DNA of 63,988 bases, filler included, from Ionaspis alba (lineage: Eukaryota), in assembly GCA_964255285.1 (NCBI GenBank). It is 10 parts of 10 records of this genome, joined end to end, with 100 filler letters (N's around TTAATTAATTAA, not from the genome) between each part and the next. Parts side by side here need not be neighbours in the genome. Positions count along the whole stretch, not along the records: positions 57,736 to 63,988 come from CAXUUL010000936.1; 9 more parts are not named here. The stretch is one strand, 5' to 3'. The translations under genes and the position numbers were made by a program. Position 1 is the first letter of the stretch. Every line of letters begins with the position of its first letter. Shown here piece after piece: positions 62,981 to 63,988 of the stretch. The notes beneath the pieces were generated by a model. It had not been told where the DNA came from. It was given only the letters and a program-made list of their open reading frames with translations, and searched no databases.

Positions 62981-63988
62981 GAGGTAGTGCTCGTTTGATG
63001 GTTGTTCACGAGGTCATGTGGTAGATATGGGAGCTTGTTTCGTTTCGTTGATGTTCTAGACGTGGAATTTTGTGCCTGCAGGTATAGAAGCTTGAAAGTG
63101 CAAAGAGGAGATACAGATAGTGAGTGAGCAAGGAAGAGACGTTTCTCATTCAACGGATCTGGTACTGCCAATCCTGGTATCAACGATTTGAAGGGTTTTG
63201 AATTCTCCAGAATCATTCTCCTTTCCCGGACGAGGATGGCGGAAACGCTCTTTCCTACCGCCTTTGCCCTTGACGAGATCTGAGAAATCCCTTCACGGGA
63301 CACTCAGTTACCAGTGTCCTGTCTTACTTGTTGCCTTTCCGTGACGCTGCCGTTCAAGTGATTAGCATCAATATCTGTAGGGCCGGTCACCGTCCGAGGA
63401 ATATCATAACGAGCGAACTATCTGTCATCAAGTTATGGAAGAATCGTTCATCGTGCTCGCCCTGGCCGCCGAGACTCAGCGATAGGATAAGTCGTTGCAT
63501 CTAGTTCTGTCAAACTGCCATCTGTTCTCCCGATATTGCTCTCACACCATCTTAATCCATTGTTCTTTCTAGCTCATCAAGGCTCCAGTATTTCTCATCG
63601 ATTATAAGTTGGAGAAGCACACACGTGAGCAGTGTGGGGTCCGTTCGGACAGCCCCATAAGAGACAACTGCGGGGCAACCATTGGGAACCTGCGGAACTC
63701 GGATTCGAGTCTTGGAGTAAGCTGATCGTTACCTTGGTAACGTCGGATAGCTCTACTCTACCGTGATCTTCGCTGTATGTTCGTTGTCGAAAAGCAGACT
63801 GTGGAGTTCGTGTGCCGTTATCGATAGCCAGTGGTTATCAATTCGGGTGCTGCGTGTTCAATATCTGCCAGCCAGATATCAACAATTTCCGCCTTGCTCT
63901 GCGCGTGAGTGCCTATCTTCACACAAGATCCTAGGGATGGAGCTCTCGTCTCAATATATGTACAACTAATAAAATGCACACATGCAAG

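Noticed and set aside
62338..63303. 321-aa antisense ORF over GET3
   Set aside because: Low-complexity L/H/Q/R product expected from the G-rich third positions of GET3; starts at a non-ATG codon.
63000..63988. Possible coding remnants after GET3
   Set aside because: All frames are interrupted by stops with no recognisable motif.

Overview
Fungal (Pezizomycotina-type ascomycete) genomic DNA with spliceosomal GT-AG introns. The window is not one locus. It is ten scaffolds joined by an artificial N44-TTAATTAATTAA-N44 spacer and sorted by decreasing length (6351, 6340, 6329, 6328, 6326, 6321, 6294, 6284, 6262, >=6253 bp), so gene neighbourhood is meaningless across spacers. Recognisable genes are CPA1/arg-2 with a three-exon arginine attenuator uORF, an AKTIP/crossbronx-like UEV, a vWA-like protein, a PHD/AT-hook protein, a DCAF6/8-type WD40 protein, an MDR enoyl-reductase-like oxidoreductase, an SH3-RasGEF, an M16 metallopeptidase, POL31, a SesB-like hydrolase-CorA fusion, a kelch membrane protein and GET3. 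The most unusual observation is a tightly packed, operon-like chain of 5-6 small ORFs with single hydrophobic segments (14471-16095), two of which lack ATG, between the UEV and vWA genes. Other notable items are recurrent C/A-rich to G/T-rich skew switches, a splice-dependent CaaX C-terminus on the WD40 protein, a K-S-x repeat protein tail and a decayed 96-bp repeat. All calls come from reading the sequence by eye; no searches were run.
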